The notes: generated from the sequence alone by a model not told the origin. Shown: positions 27,596-42,035, counted from the stretch's first letter. The stretch is 64,000 nucleotides of DNA from Octopus vulgaris (GCA_951406725.2 OX597828.1:56296001-56360000); one strand, 5' to 3'. Numbers and translations are program-made.

Positions 27596-28745
27596 ATGAT
27601 ACGCTAGTTTGCCTCCAAGGGCAGCGACGACAAACATACATAACACCCTGGTATCATTTTGTAATTATGAAAAGAATAATAAAGTATACAACGAATAAGG
27701 AAAATATATACAAATGAAAATAAAAAAAAGAGCGCTAGTTGAAATGATTATTCAAATTTATGGATGCTCTAAGTACACAAAGTTCACATGAAGGATTTTA
27801 TGCATTTTAATTTTATTACACATTCTTACAAGAGAATTATTACAAGAGAATTTTGTGTCACAAACATTCCTAGTAGATACTTTTCTACGCCATGTGTTAT
27901 CAGTTGTTTTAGGTATGTTTCCGAGGTCATATTATGCATGTTTTAATAAACTCCAATGGCTCGGAGAAGTCTGAACAACCTTCAACAGATATATCAGAAG
28001 AATAAGTTGAATTCATAGTATAGTTAACTTGCATTAGAAGTGAGCTTGTAAAATCGGTAACACATAAGAGAAAATGCTTAACAGTTTAGTTCCTGCTTTA
28101 CGTTCTGAGTTAAAATCCCACTGCGGTCAACATTTCAGTTACATATTTGAAATCGATGAAACAACTATCTGTTGTGCACAGTGATCAATATAATCGACTA
28201 TCGATCAACAACAAAATTTCAGGACTTGTGTCTATATTATAAAGGATTATTAGGCAGTATTAGTGATTTTAGAGAGATTACGATCCTCTAGGCAAATTTT
28301 GTGTGTGCCAATATACCTGTGAGTGTAGGCGTGTATGAACATGTGTCCAGAAATATGTCCAAAAATTATATTTAATATTAAATATGAATACAACAAAATA
28401 TTTTCATTACAAGGCTACGATGTTTTATACACATTAATCTGTCTTTTCACCCATATTCATCTATATTTATTATTATTGTTTATGCGTAGATAAATATTCT
28501 GTAGTCAGTGTCATACGATAATGATAGAAAATCGTGGACAATAACGATTCTCTGCAACGTTCTGCAGAAGTTGGCAATTTTCTGCTTGCAAAAGTAATTT
28601 ACGGCAATATTTATGTATGTAATTCCTATACAAATCGTATAAAGCTAAAACTACTTTATCACGGCCAATGTAGTCTATTTGCAAGTGAACTAAAATGTAT
28701 TTTATATGCATATATCCCGTTAATGACAAATACACGAATTTGTCC

Positions 28746-28832
<87 letters not shown>

Positions 28833-28974
28833 TATGTGTGTGTGTGTGTGTAGATAAGGAGTAAATATTCAAAAGTGAACGTTTATATAGATATTATTAT
28901 CATTATTGTTATTATTATTATCTGCGGCAGATATACATTTTTGATAATAACAACAATAACCGAGATGGTTTCAG

Positions 28975-29480
28975 GTGATGTTTCATTGCTGACTGAAATC
29001 TTTTCACACCAAAGTATTGATCTCAGAGTCTCCAGACTCATACTCAAACATTGTCAAGAACTACAGCAAATCTGAACTCATCAGAGATACAACAGTGTTC
29101 CAGAATGCTAATGGCCTCTCCACTATCTCACTGGCCCAATCTTTTCTCTGCTTGATGTTGATTGGTCGAAGATGTGTCTGCCTTCTTGCTGCTCTGCCAT
29201 ATTAATCAAGTTTGTAGAGATACCTGAAAGCTGTACTGGGACAGGCATCAACTTGTTCTGCTATGTAAGAGGTCTTTGAACGCGGATTATCCTCCACACT
29301 TCTCTTAAAAAAGAGAAGGGTCTTGTCAATTGCACAATCACACTTTTAACTGTAAACATCAGGATCTCAAAGGTTTCTGCGATTTTACGCTGACTATGTC
29401 GACCTTCAGAATGACCCACTAGGCAGCATTTCTGAGATTCGTAGTTTCAAGGGTTCTTTTATAGACGGCATTTTCTGAAC
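28975..29480 (-). mobile_element. Tc1-family transposase fragment
   Basis: VEDNPRSKTSYIAEQV...YGRAARRQTHLRPINIKQRKDWA...FWNTVV-SDEFRF...VWR, with stops and a frameshift. Confidence 0.8.
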
Positions 29481-29599
29481 CTGAAACATAAAAATGTCAA
29501 TTAATAAAATATGTTAGAATTAACATAAAACAATGTTTATGGGGTATCTATTTACTAATACATATATATAAGGTATATGAATATATTTATATATATATA

Positions 29600-29673
<74 letters not shown>

Positions 29674-30815
29674 TATATAATGTACCTACATATATAAAAT
29701 TACGCGTATATGTAACGATTTATATATAGGCTGTGACAGGAATATGAGATAGAGTAATATGCAGACTGTTGAAGACCAATATTCAGACAAAAGAATGCTT
29801 CAATAATTCTACTAATAGTTTCAACTTAAGAAAGTAGTTTCTGGTATAACCTCAGGTTGAGCAATGATGTCAGCGAAGTTTCTTAATTGTTTTGAATTAC
29901 ACTATTTACTATCTGAAAAATATATATAAAAAACTATGAAAAATATAGCAACCTGTACGATTTATCAGTGATCTAATCTACATGTTTTACGCTCTTGAGG
30001 AATCATTTCATACAGAAACACGTAAAAACATGTACAATCAACAACAATATTAAAACGTTTAATAACTGTGGTGATGACGGGAATGAGGATGTGGATGAAA
30101 ATAGAAGCTATTGCAGTACAAAGAATGTAATATTAAAAATAACTGTTCGAAAATTCATTGTCACTTCTACAAATATATATTTTTTACTACAGCTACAAGT
30201 TCTTCAGCTTTTAAGAGCTCGGTAATTAATTACATCGTTTTACAATGACTATTCAGTACTTATTTTACATCGAACCTGACGCAATCCGATTCAATGGAAT
30301 TAGAAGGAATTACTCAGGTTTTGGCCCGGCGAAGGGAGGTTTCTGTCAGTTCATCTCCTTCAGTTTGATAAATACATAAATATATGTTCATAATGTTAAT
30401 ACATATAACAAAATGTTAAAAAAAAAACATAGACAAAATGTCAAAATACACCTTTACGTTGTTCACTAATATGTACATAGCTATTAAATAGTAGTTCAGC
30501 AACCTACAGACAGTCCGTATACGTTAACCACAAGGCTAATAAATGTGTATGCACGTATGTATGTATGGTGTTTGTATATCTTTATGGCTGTCTGTATATA
30601 TATATATATATATATAAATACCTATATATATACATACATACATATGTATATATATATTTATACATATATATACATATATGTATATATGTATATATATACA
30701 TATATATACATATATATATATAGTGGTTTTACTCTTTATCATATATTAAACTTTTAATACTTTTTGATAGTTATATCTAAAAAATGAATAAATAAATAAA
30801 TATATAAATTAATTA

Positions 30816-30862
<47 letters not shown>

Positions 30863-33800
30863 CATATATATACACACACATATATAGCTAGATAGATGTA
30901 TTTACATAGAAATACGCATATATTGTATTCATATAACTTTTTAGCTCTCAACATCTACCTATCTATTAATATATATATGTGTGTGTATGTGTGTGTATAG
31001 GTAGATAGATAGATATGTATACATTCACTCCCCTCAAACATACAAATATGCATATTAATGCAAACATTCATGCTCACGCGTATATGTACACATCTATATT
31101 TATGAACGTGTGCACCCGTATCTGCATTTGTCGTATATATCAAGACAAAGCTTGTTCCAGCGTAATGATAAATCTCTGATCGTATTAAATTTGAATTCTT
31201 AATTGTCTGCACTTTGGTATTTACTTTAACGTTTCACAGATAATAATTCCTCGTTGGTTGCTTAAATAATGTGTTAAAAATATAATGATTTACATATAAA
31301 CTTCCAAATGGTTGCCAAGCAATCGCATTAGGCTACTGTGCTGAAAGAGACATCAAAACAAATCTTGCAATGCATTAAAATATACTGAAGTGTATGTGGT
31401 TAGACAGTCTGGAAAGAACTCTACGTCATCTAGGTAATTTTGTGTTGTATATTCTAAAGTACATTTTTGTCGCTGGCAATGTGGAACTACCAAAATACAT
31501 TGGTGGTGTTTAGAGCCTCATCAGTCAACGGTGCACGCAAAGTGACGAAATCGTCCGTCACGCTAGGGTCTAGAGCACGCACAGTGCGGATACAGACCTG
31601 TGTCGCGAATCGATGTATGTGACTATCATTGGAGTGAAGTGAAAATAGACCCGTCGTATTCCTTTGGAAGGGAAATGCAGCAAATGTGTTACATTGAACT
31701 ATGTTGCGTAATGACTCATCTGAAAGCTAGGACGACAAGGATTAAGGAACGGCTTGAAGAGATTGTTAAGCGAAGGCGGTAAAGCTGAATTCAAGATTGT
31801 TTCAAGGAAGTATAAGACTGAGAGCACTTATGAATTTGAATATTCATAGTAAATATTTCTAAGCACGCATAAAGGAAGTTGGTGAGAAATCTTATGCTTT
31901 AAAAAGATTTAGAGGAAAATCCGCAAGTTTTCTATCTGATTAAAAAATCCTTCTTCCTTGCATTTTTTACTTTTTGCGGAAAAATTTTACTTCGTGTAGT
32001 ACATATTTGTTAGCAGTTGGCATTTTGATAATTTTAGTTTACTGCCTTCTTATTTATTTTTCTACATTGTTATTGCTGACCGGAACTCTTTGGATAGTGT
32101 CTTGACGGCCATTAACAGACCGTGGATATCGCTTCAGCAGTAAAACGCTGAGAGGTATTTACAGATCCACCCTTATAATTACTTGCCGTAAAAAGGAAAA
32201 TTTTAAAGAAATCATTCAAAGGAAAGGAAAATTTTAAGATTGAATAAATACACTTCGTCTTTGCCTGTTCGCTAGCAGATATGGATGGTGGAAGGTAGTT
32301 CTAAAGGTGAAACTACCGTTCGCGTTCAATATTTCCCAACATTATTCCGCCGAGGTCGACTTTACCTTTCATCCATTCGGGCTCGATCAACTAAGTATCA
32401 GATGCGTACTGGGGTCGGTCTAATCGACTGAACCTTTTCACCAAAATGTCGGGCCTCCCACCATTCTAAAAACCTTGTAGTATTTAATGATACTAGCGTC
32501 AGTATTAGTAGTAACAGAAATATAAACAAAAGCAGTAACAACAACGACAGCATTAGCATCAAAGTTAACAACGGGAAGAACAAAAGCTGTCAAACAACGT
32601 AGCACATAAGATCACTATAAGGGGAAAAATATTGGCACCACTGCTACAGCACTCTAGCATTAAATAGCAATAGCACAAAGGGCGTCATTACCAATTCTCA
32701 GCTAGTAAAAAACGATAGCCGCTACAAGAAGAAAAGTTACAACAGCACTGAAATCACAGGGATGACCATCTCTTCACTGATAATTCTAATGCCTTTTATT
32801 TAGTACAACCGGACGAAAAACAATGACACTTGAAGAAGGCAGACCAACACAACGCAAAACATGAGAACGAAGAAACTTTTCATTCAATATACTGAAATCA
32901 CTTCTAGCGCAAATTAAACGAAAGCACATACTGTAAATAGGAAAGGATTGTAGTTCGTTTGAAGCATTGTGTATTGTTTGTGAAAAATAACGTATCTTGA
33001 ATGGCGTAATGCAGAATGGACTATAATAACTGTTATAATTTAATTATTCATTGTCTGATATAATATTTCAGTATATGAAAATTCTTTCTTTAAACATATC
33101 GCTAGGAATTGATCGAGTCACTGCTGTAATCGGTTTCCCAACGGTTACTGATTTTTTTTTTCGGAACTGTCTCTACAGAAAGCGTATGGTGTGATCAACT
33201 TGTCCTCTGTCATGGATGCGTGCAAGTTCATTTCTGGCGTATTCTATTTTGGCACCGAGTGGAAAGGCTGGATTTTAGTGAACAGACATATCCCTACTGG
33301 CTGCATTCCCGTATAACTCGGTGTGAATCTCTTTAGAGAGATTTAGTATAGCCGAATATTGCTTAGAGTAGATTCAAACATTGTGTATTACTTTAGACAG
33401 GTAGTAATTGATGATTACATTAAGACTTCACGTCATTGGAACACTCACTCACATATTCTACTTCAATGAATATTTTATTTCTTTTCGGAAAACTAGATAC
33501 TTGTCACCCTTGCCACTGGAGATCTTTCAGATCACGTATGGGTTTGTGAGTTTCTGTATGTGCATATATGAGAATATATGTGTGAGGTTAGCTATCAATT
33601 AAACAATCTGTCTCCAGTTAAATGCATAGGTTGATATATGTGTGGGCGTGTGTGATAGTTAGGGAGTATATGGACAGCAGTAAAACCAATCATAGTGCTG
33701 TATTTCTCTCTTGTCAAATACAATATAGAGATATACTGCATCCAAGATATGTAAGTTCAGAAATATGTATGTCCATGAAAAGAAACTTAATATCCTGAAT

Positions 33801-34147
33801 AATGGAATACCGTATTATAAAACAATTACAGATATTTACGTATTTGCTCTGGTTGTGTTGTAAAATTTTCTCTTACTTTATTCATTGTATTTTGGCGTAC
33901 ATTATTACATTCATAAACATACTGCTCTGTAAATAATACTCCGACATGTCGAGCAGACCCAATAGACTAAGAATCTGTTTCAACATACAAACAACTTAAG
34001 CTATTTTACTTCATGAACATTGTACTTCATAAACAGGACTTAGATAAGTAGTTACTAGAAGAGATCTTAGGCAAAAGATTGTGCTGAAAACACACATCAA
34101 CTTAACAACTCCGCCATATGACAGCACATTTGGAATAAAAAGTCATT

Positions 34148-34191
34148 ATTGATCATTGATCATTGATCATTGATCATTGATCATTGATCAT
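34148..34191. repeat. (GATCATT)n heptamer tandem repeat x~6
   Basis: Direct reading. Confidence 0.9.
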
Positions 34192-34479
34192 AATACTCCA
34201 AGTTTAAATAATTACTGTGCTCAAATACCTTGTGCAAATTACTTTCTGCTTACAAAACTATTTGTACACTGAATGGTTGCACATATAGCCACTTGCAATC
34301 GTTTCGAAATAATTTTTGTGCAGCTCATCCCTTATGATATACGAGATCAGATCAATAAGTATCTGGACTGTTGCCACAGTCATGAAGCGTGAAGCCGCTT
34401 TGCACAGATTAACGTTAAACACTGATGTGCATCCGCAGTAAGTGTTAGCGTTCTTGCTCACTTACCCTGTTTATAGCAA

Positions 34480-34945
34480 TACTTGGAAGGAAGGTGTGTA
34501 ACGTGATATCGTCGCACTGAGCATGACAGAAAAAGTTGTCAAGGTGATATCTGCTTAGAGGCCGACTCAAAGTTGCAGAAAGTGTAGGAAGAGTGTATAA
34601 ACCGCACGCAAGTGTACAAGGGGGTCGGATGTTTCCAAGGTGATCGAAAAATATGTCGATATTGACGAACGTTCTGGGAGGCTCGCAACCAGCAGAACTG
34701 AGAAAGACATTGCAGATTTACGTGCAGAAGTGAGAGGGAATTGTTGAATTACCATTCATGAGTTATGAAAGGATATGCAGATTACTTCAGCCCATTATCA
34801 CTGAAGATTTAGGGTCCGAAACACATGTCTGCCAATTTTGTGCTAAAACTGCTTTCAGCTGACCCAAAAGACGGTCGAATGTCAGTTGTTCAAGATATCC
34901 TTGACTATGTCGAGGACGATAACAACTTTTTGAAACTTTTGCGTA
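34480..34945 (+). mobile_element. mariner transposase N-terminal fragment (different subfamily)
   Basis: DERSGRLATSRTEKDI...ITIHEL...IITEDLG...SANFVLKLLS, the last being a WVPKLL-like motif. Confidence 0.7.
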
Positions 34946-35689
34946 GGATTCCAGCAGGTATCGCCAAGCCTTTGGCAAAATTTGGTGCAGGAAATCTGCT
35001 GAAATTATTCTGTGATGGTCAATGCGACGATTACATGCTACGCGGATTCAAAGTATTGCAGTTAACAGCGGAAGTGAACTAAAACGTAAAAACTCTGTAG
35101 AGCAGAATTCAAGGTCAACCTGTGCCTAGCGACTTCATTCTGCGAACTTTAGCTCCTTTACGATAGCAACAATCCGGATACTTATCGATCAGTCCACATA
35201 TAAGACACTTTCTGCTTAATTTTTGTCTCTTCGACAATCCCCACCACGGATGAAATAACTACTTTTTCTGAAAACCTATTTAAAAGAAACACATGGAAAA
35301 CGAATTAATTTTAGGATGCTAATAAAATGAATTTATCACAACTAATTTCAACAAGAAATATTATTGAAAGGACATCTGCTATATTTTCATAATAAAAAAA
35401 AGTGATTTATTTTTTGAGAATTCTATTACATTTGTTTTGACGAATTAATTTTCTTAAAGTATTTTGAAACACATCCTTTTACAAGATTTTTCTTCAAAAA
35501 TAATGTTTTGTCTGTTTATGAGACGATATCTATTATATTATCTTCTATATTATTTGCATCAGGCAAAATAGCTCATTTAGTTACGGTTTTGTTTTCTATG
35601 TTAATCTAATTTATTTGTTGTTTCTTGTTTTGTTAAATAAATAGCAATAAATTCTGGTGTTTATATGATATAAAGTGTAGAGAAATTAA

Positions 35690-37195
35690 TGATAATAATA
35701 TCTCAGTCTATGGCATACTCGTGGCACATATCAAACAGATGAAACTAGTAATATGAACAAAATATCGCCCACCAGATGCTCCAAATCATGGGGATTCATT
35801 TGAAGTGAGCCTCCAGGAATGAAGTATTAACCAAAATGGATGACAGCCTGCACATACTTCTTTTAGGGGATTTCAACCTCCCTTATGTCAAATGACCTGA
35901 GGACCACATTCTCTCAGGTATGTCACTGCATGCCCTGAGGGGTGCAGAATTTCTGCTTCACCTCATTAACATGCTATTTATGGAGCAAATAGTGCTCCAC
36001 CCAAGATGAAAAAATGTCCTGGACCTCTGTTTCGCAAACAACACGGCGCTCTTCCGTAATGTTAGGGCAATACGGGCGATTTTCCCTAACCAGAAATTAA
36101 TAAAACTAAAAATGTATGTTCCGCAGAGGACTACAGATATGGAGCTACAAGGAGCACCCAACACCTCCCCAACTTGAACTTTCACAGAGCTGATTGCAAG
36201 GATATCGAGAAAGTGGTCATGGAACATAATCTGCCAGTCTCTAATGAAGATATTGACCTAAAGTTACAACACTTTATGACAATCATGCTTGATATCAGCA
36301 GTAAGATTGCTCCAGAAAGAATGCCTAGCCGGCAGAAAAATATAGCTCCCAGTGATAAGAAGATTCTAATGAGACAACGGGTAAAAATCGCAAATCGTCT
36401 AAACAGAGAACTAAAGGATACGAAACGCTCCTACATCAGCTGAACATTGGACGGGATTGAAATGAACTCAAACGCTCCCATGGAAACGAGGTGGCAGAGA
36501 AAAAGGTCAGGGCTGTCAAAAATATTAAGACAAACCCTAAAGCCTTCAATAGAAATGCAAAAGAATCTGATTCACTATAGCTCAAAATGGGGTCACTACT
36601 TGGAGAAAATGGCTCACTGATTGCAGGTCCCCAGTGGGTCGGTGAAATACTGAAAGTGCAGTATAAGCGGGCCTTCACCAGCCCACTGGAACACTTGCAA
36701 ATAGCGATGCCTGATGAGGTCTCAGCAACAGGCTCTGATATATTCCCAGCAATACTTCTAAAGAAATGCAAAAGGGCTTTAGGTAGACCACTTCAGATGC
36801 TTTTCCAGATATTTCTCACCACAGGGACACTTCCCAAAATGGTAAAGGAAGGCATTATATGCCCTGTCTATAAGGGAGGTAGCAGAACAGATGCTAAGGA
36901 TCATAGACCTGTCTCTCTAACTTCCCATGTCAGCAAAGTTTGGGATCGCATTGTGAGGAAAAAGCTTGAAGATAATGACTTGCTTCCTGACACCCAGCAT
37001 GACTTTCGCTCACGGAGAAGCTGCCTTACACAGTAGCAATGACTGGGTGTTGAAAAAAGTAATGAATCGCTCAAAAGTAGATGTGATATATGTTGACTTT
37101 ACAAAGGCTTTTAGTAAGGTTGATCATGGGATGATATGTCAGAAACTATGGTGACTCAGCATAACTGGAAATATTGGAGAGTGGTCACATGACAT
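35690..37195 (+). mobile_element. degenerate CR1/L2-group LINE (APE end plus RT N-terminal part)
   Basis: LLGDFNLP and LDLCFAN (APE); ICPVYKGG...HRPVSLTSHVSKV, QHDFRSRRSCLTQ and VDVIYVDFTKAFSKVDH (RT). Confidence 0.85.
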
Positions 37196-38255
37196 AAGCA
37201 TAAAGAATAAAGTTGTATACTTTGGTTCTTTTATCTCAGTAATATTATTATGTTCGCCCCTCGCAAAATCCTTCAGATCTTTTACAATGTAATCTACCTT
37301 TCGAATAATATATTTCAAATACGTACAGCAGTCCTGTATGGAGTTTTCTCAAGTCCATGTGACAATATTTCTTTAAAGTAATTTATTTGGCTTGTACTAT
37401 TTAAAGTGCTTGTAAAGTGCTTGTAATGTAAATTGTGCAAATGATTATTTTAAAGCATAATGCCCTCAAAACAACACTTGCAAAAACCGTGAAAACCTTA
37501 TCATTTACGTGAATATTATTAAAACGAACACAATAGATTGTTCTTATTAGTGTCCGAATGCCTTTTATTGGATTTATCCTTTCCTAACTTGCATCACAAA
37601 TCCTCAGATTTTTTAGATGTGCGACCTTATATTGTGTGGCTGACAGGTTCCCTGCGTCACCATGAACTTTGTGTAGTATTACTGACGGTATGTTATATAA
37701 ACACAACAGTATTTTTATAGAGTACGAGCTTGAATGCTGAACAATGTAGAATTATTACACGCCTGCAGGGGGAAAAAACATTTACATCTGAGCATGGAGA
37801 AAAATTTCTAAATTGAGGGTAAAATAGTATTATCCAGCTATTTACGTGTCAATATCTTTGAATAAAAAGATTGATCTTAGGAACTATTTTCAAGCTTGGT
37901 CATCAACCCTTTCACCCAACGTGCGTAGAAATCATGTGACAGGTAGTGACACATTTGTTACTTGATCAAACAGCACTTAACCAAACTACTTTCAATATAT
38001 TTGAGAAAGCACGCGCGTCCAACAGTGAAATACACAATTATATTTTTTCACTCGTCATTTATCAAGCTATTTTGACATCGTGGTAATTCAATTTGGTAAA
38101 TTTCATTTCCGAATCATGCCTAGACATTTCTTGCAGCTCAATGTTAACAACCTCGCCAAGATCTGCAATTGTTATTTCCACAACACTATTCTATATCTAT
38201 TTAAATTTAAACATGGACGCAGTTCTTTTGTGTTTCATGCTGTCACTGTACTGAC

Positions 38256-38327
<72 letters not shown>

Positions 38328-39303
38328 TATTAATTTTAATTCATTCTTTTCTTTTGAATTCAATAAAACAATTTATTTTATAATACTTCATTGAAATATT
38401 TACAATTGCATAAAATATATCTTTCTAACATCGGTATTTAATCACTAAAACTTTTGCAAAACAAGGAACAGAAGCGGTGATTTGATGTAAATTAATGTGA
38501 AACGGTAATATTTGATGAACTAATAGCAATTAATTACCTAGTCAATCAAAGTGTTTGCCGAGGATTTACTTTAAAACGTATTATTTATAGTTACGAATTA
38601 TAATTACACTAGTAACGTTTTGAGCACACAGTTTACTTTAAATGCCATTTGCAAAAGACATGTTTATACGCACACTTGAAGAACTCCAGGACGAGTGTAT
38701 GGCTTCCTTCGCATCAAAATATTTGCATATTTGAATTGAAATTCTTGAGAATATCCGTCCATGCCGGAATTTTGTTATTAATAAAGTCATATTTATATTT
38801 TTTCGTAAAAATAATCTGATCTAGGGCTCTCTGACTGAAGGCACAGATTCGGTTAACAAAAAAATCATAATAAACATGAATAGGTCCATTGTATAGTTCG
38901 GTGTAATATTTAAGCAGTTTGGTTTAAGCTTATCTATTACCACTAATATAACTATCGTCAAACGCCATATGTAACCCTAGCTTTAAATACATTCACGAAT
39001 TACCTTATTTAGAAACGAGTGAAAGAGCTATATGCACCCAACATAATTATGAATATTATCGCCGGTATATGTAGGAGGTTTTCCAGTCTATCTGCAAGAA
39101 TGGTTAGTAAGAACCTATAATTACCAGGCAGTATGTAAAAGCTGTTTCAGTGTCAATGAAAATCACATTGATGTAAAGTAGCTGATTTAATCCCCCCCCC
39201 CCACCATAACTTCAACAAAGCCACAAACACATGACGGGGCATTAGAAAAGCCGTCGGATGTCGCTGGTACAAGACAATCAGGTAAAAGTCGAAGTAGTGA
39301 AAA

Positions 39304-39468
39304 TAGGCGTAGGAGTGGCCGTGTGGTAAGTAGCTTGCTTACCAGGCACATGGTTCCGGGTTCAGTCACACTGCGTGGCACCTTGGACAAGTGTCTTCTA
39401 CTATAGCCTAGAGCCGAACAAAGCCTTGTGAGTGGATTTGGTAGACGGAACCTGAATGAAGCACGTCG

Positions 39469-39509
<41 letters not shown>

Positions 39510-39748
39510 GTGTGAATGTGTGTGTGTATGTTTGTATGTCTGCGCTTGTCCCCCCAACATCACTTGACAACCGATGCTAGTGTGTTTACGTCCCCGCAAC
39601 TTAGCGGTTCGGCAAAAGAGATCGATAGAATAAGTACTAGGTTTTCAAAGGATACGTCCTGCGGTCTGTTTGCTCGACTAAAGGCGGTGCTCCAGCATGG
39701 CCACAGTCAAATGATTGAAACAAGTAAAAGAGTAAAAGAGTAAAGAGT
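39304..39748 (+). mobile_element. full-length tRNA-derived SINE with CORE-like block, internal microsatellite and (GTAAAAGA)n tail
   Basis: A-box-like TGGCCGTGTGGTAAG, B-box-like GGTTCAGTCAC and GGCACCTTGGACAAGTG. Partial copies lie at ~7530-7700 (-), 19750-19900, 50635-50755 and 61520-61725. Confidence 0.8.
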
Positions 39749-40137
39749 ATAAGTCCCTAATTTGCGTTTAAGTTTTTAATAGAAGTGTATCCAAAAGGTC
39801 TTCAATTTTTATGCCATACGGTTAAAATTAAAGACAAAATATTTTTTGAAAAAGGGTTTTTGGAATTTTTATTTCATAGCTCACCGTTTGAATGAAATAT
39901 AAATTTGGTTTCGCGCTCTGGGAAAAGACAATCCGCGTCTTATTGATATAAATACTCGAGGGGGCTTCCACAGACAATGGAAGCATACGCATGATTCCTA
40001 GATATTGTAAATAATATTTCATATCTTTTGAATTTGGAAATGTTCCCAACAATGTACATGTGACACGCAGAAACCTATGTTGCAATGCTTTAATAAAGTA
40101 AAAAAATCCGCATGCAAAAGTCTTTTTTCTCTATTAC

Positions 40138-40178
<41 letters not shown>

Positions 40179-40186
<8 letters not shown>

Positions 40187-41509
40187 GAAAGTTGGCTTGT
40201 GAAAGCACGTGGTTGAATATATAGAAAATAGTAAAAAGTGAAAAAACTACAGAAGGCTTAAATGTTAAAAAATATATATTTGCGTCAATATGTCTGAAGA
40301 ATATTAAATTTTTTTTTCTCATATAGTGACATAGTTTTGAAGAAAGACCGGTTTCGCATTTAGCTTTTCAAATTTCTTACGACGTTATGTTTATGTTGAA
40401 TAGAGTTATCGTTATGTTTATGTTCAAAAGAGTTCTAAATAAGGGGAGGTAATGAGTGATTTCTTCCGGTGTAAGGGAGATAATCGCTTAAAAATTTTTT
40501 CCTTTCCCTTGGTGTGAATTTCTCTGTATCAGTATGTTGGGATGGTTAAGTCTGGGCTTGTACTTTTCAATGAAGAATGTTTCCTTGTTTAGTCTAATTT
40601 GTGTTGATGATCCGATAGCACATTGGTAAAATGGAAAGATTAAAAATTGTGGTAGTAGTTGCTTTGCGCATTTCACAATGTGCTCACTAAAATGTATCAT
40701 TCTGTATTCTGGGAATGCAATCTGTTGTCGATGCCGTGTGCATCTACGTTTGAGTGATAGTCCCGTGGATCCCACGTAGTCTTGGTGGCAGCCCGAGCAT
40801 TTTATGACATAAATTATGTTTTCAGAGGCACAAGTAAAGTTAGATTTGATCTTGAATTTCTGTCCCTCTTTAAAGAGGAATTCTGATCCTTCTAGCAGGT
40901 TTGGACATGTTGCACAGTTCGATCTACCACATTTTTTTACTTTTGCATCCGTAATTTCAGAAGGGTGTTTTTGAGTTCTTGCAGTCTAAAGTTCCTGGTA
41001 TTTTGTTCTGACACTATTGTGCATATCCTTCTTGCAAGGTTGAAGGTGATGTTTATTTTAGTGTGTCTTGGGTGGCATGAATTAAAAAGAAGGTATTGTT
41101 TGGCGTCTGTGGCTTTGTAAAAAATGTCTGTTTCTATTTTAAGGTTAATTTTTTTAATTAGTATATCCAAGAACGGGAGCTCCTTTTGGTTGTATTCCAT
41201 TGTGAACTGTATATTTGGGTTTATGCTGTTCAATAGGTTTTTAAATTTTAGGAGTTTATCTGTGTTTTCATTCCAGATTATAAAACAATCGTCTAGTAAT
41301 TGTTTCCAATTCTCTTTTATGTATTGAGGAAGGGGGTTTCCAAAGATTGATAATGATTTCTGGTAAATGATTATTTCCATGTAGCCCATTGTTAAGTTCG
41401 CAATGACTGGTGCTGCCCTTGTACCCATAGCAATTCCGGATTTTTGACGGTAAAATGAATTGTCAAACATGAAGTGGTTATTGTGTAGGATGAATTCAAT
41501 TGATTTAGT
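40179..41509 (-). mobile_element. inverted 5-prime-truncated copy of the adjacent Penelope-like element
   Basis: Reverse complement of 44363-44910 joined to 45206-45943, continuing into 41969-~42012. Carries a 295-bp internal deletion. Confidence 0.95.
40340..40378 (-). ncRNA. variant minimal hammerhead (U3-A8) in the inverted copy
   Basis: Exact reverse complement of 41813-41851. Confidence 0.65.
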
Positions 41510-41812
41510 CCAAAAACCCTTTTTCAAAAAATATTTTGTTTTTAATTTTAATCTTTCCATTTTACCAAAGTGCTATCGTATCATCAATACAAATTAGACT
41601 AAACAAGGAAACATTCTTCATTGAAAAGTACAAGCCCAGACTTAACCATCCCAGCATACTGATACAGAGAAATTCACACCAAGGGAAAGGAAAAAATTTT
41701 TAAGCGATTATCTCCCTTACACCGGAAGAAATCACTCATTACCTCCCCTTATTTAGAACTCTTTTGAACATAAACATAACGATAACTCTATTCAACATAA
41801 ACATAACGTCGT

Positions 41813-41851
41813 AAGAAATTTGAAAAGCTAAATGCGAAACCGGTCTTTCTT
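41813..41851 (+). ncRNA. variant minimal hammerhead (U3-A8) in the pLTR
   Basis: AAGAAA T TTGAAAA GC TAAAT GC GAAA CCGG TC TTTCTT. Confidence 0.65.
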
Positions 41852-42035
41852 CAAAACTATCTCACTATAAGAGAAAAAAAAATTTAATATTCTTCAGACA
41901 TATTGACGCAAATATATATTTTTTAACATTTAAGCCTTTTGTAGTTTTTTCACTTTTTACTATTTTCTATATATTCAACCACGTGCTTTCCCAAACCAAC
42001 TTTCTTATCTATATATTAAACACGTGAGACCGAAA

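Noticed and set aside
38685-38850. Short matches to the 1960-2702 element (AGGACGAGT.TATG; CTAGGGCTCTCTG...AGGCAC)
   Set aside because: Too short and degenerate to support without an alignment.
39304-39375. tRNA-like A/B boxes
   Set aside because: These are SINE heads without a complete cloverleaf, not tRNA genes.
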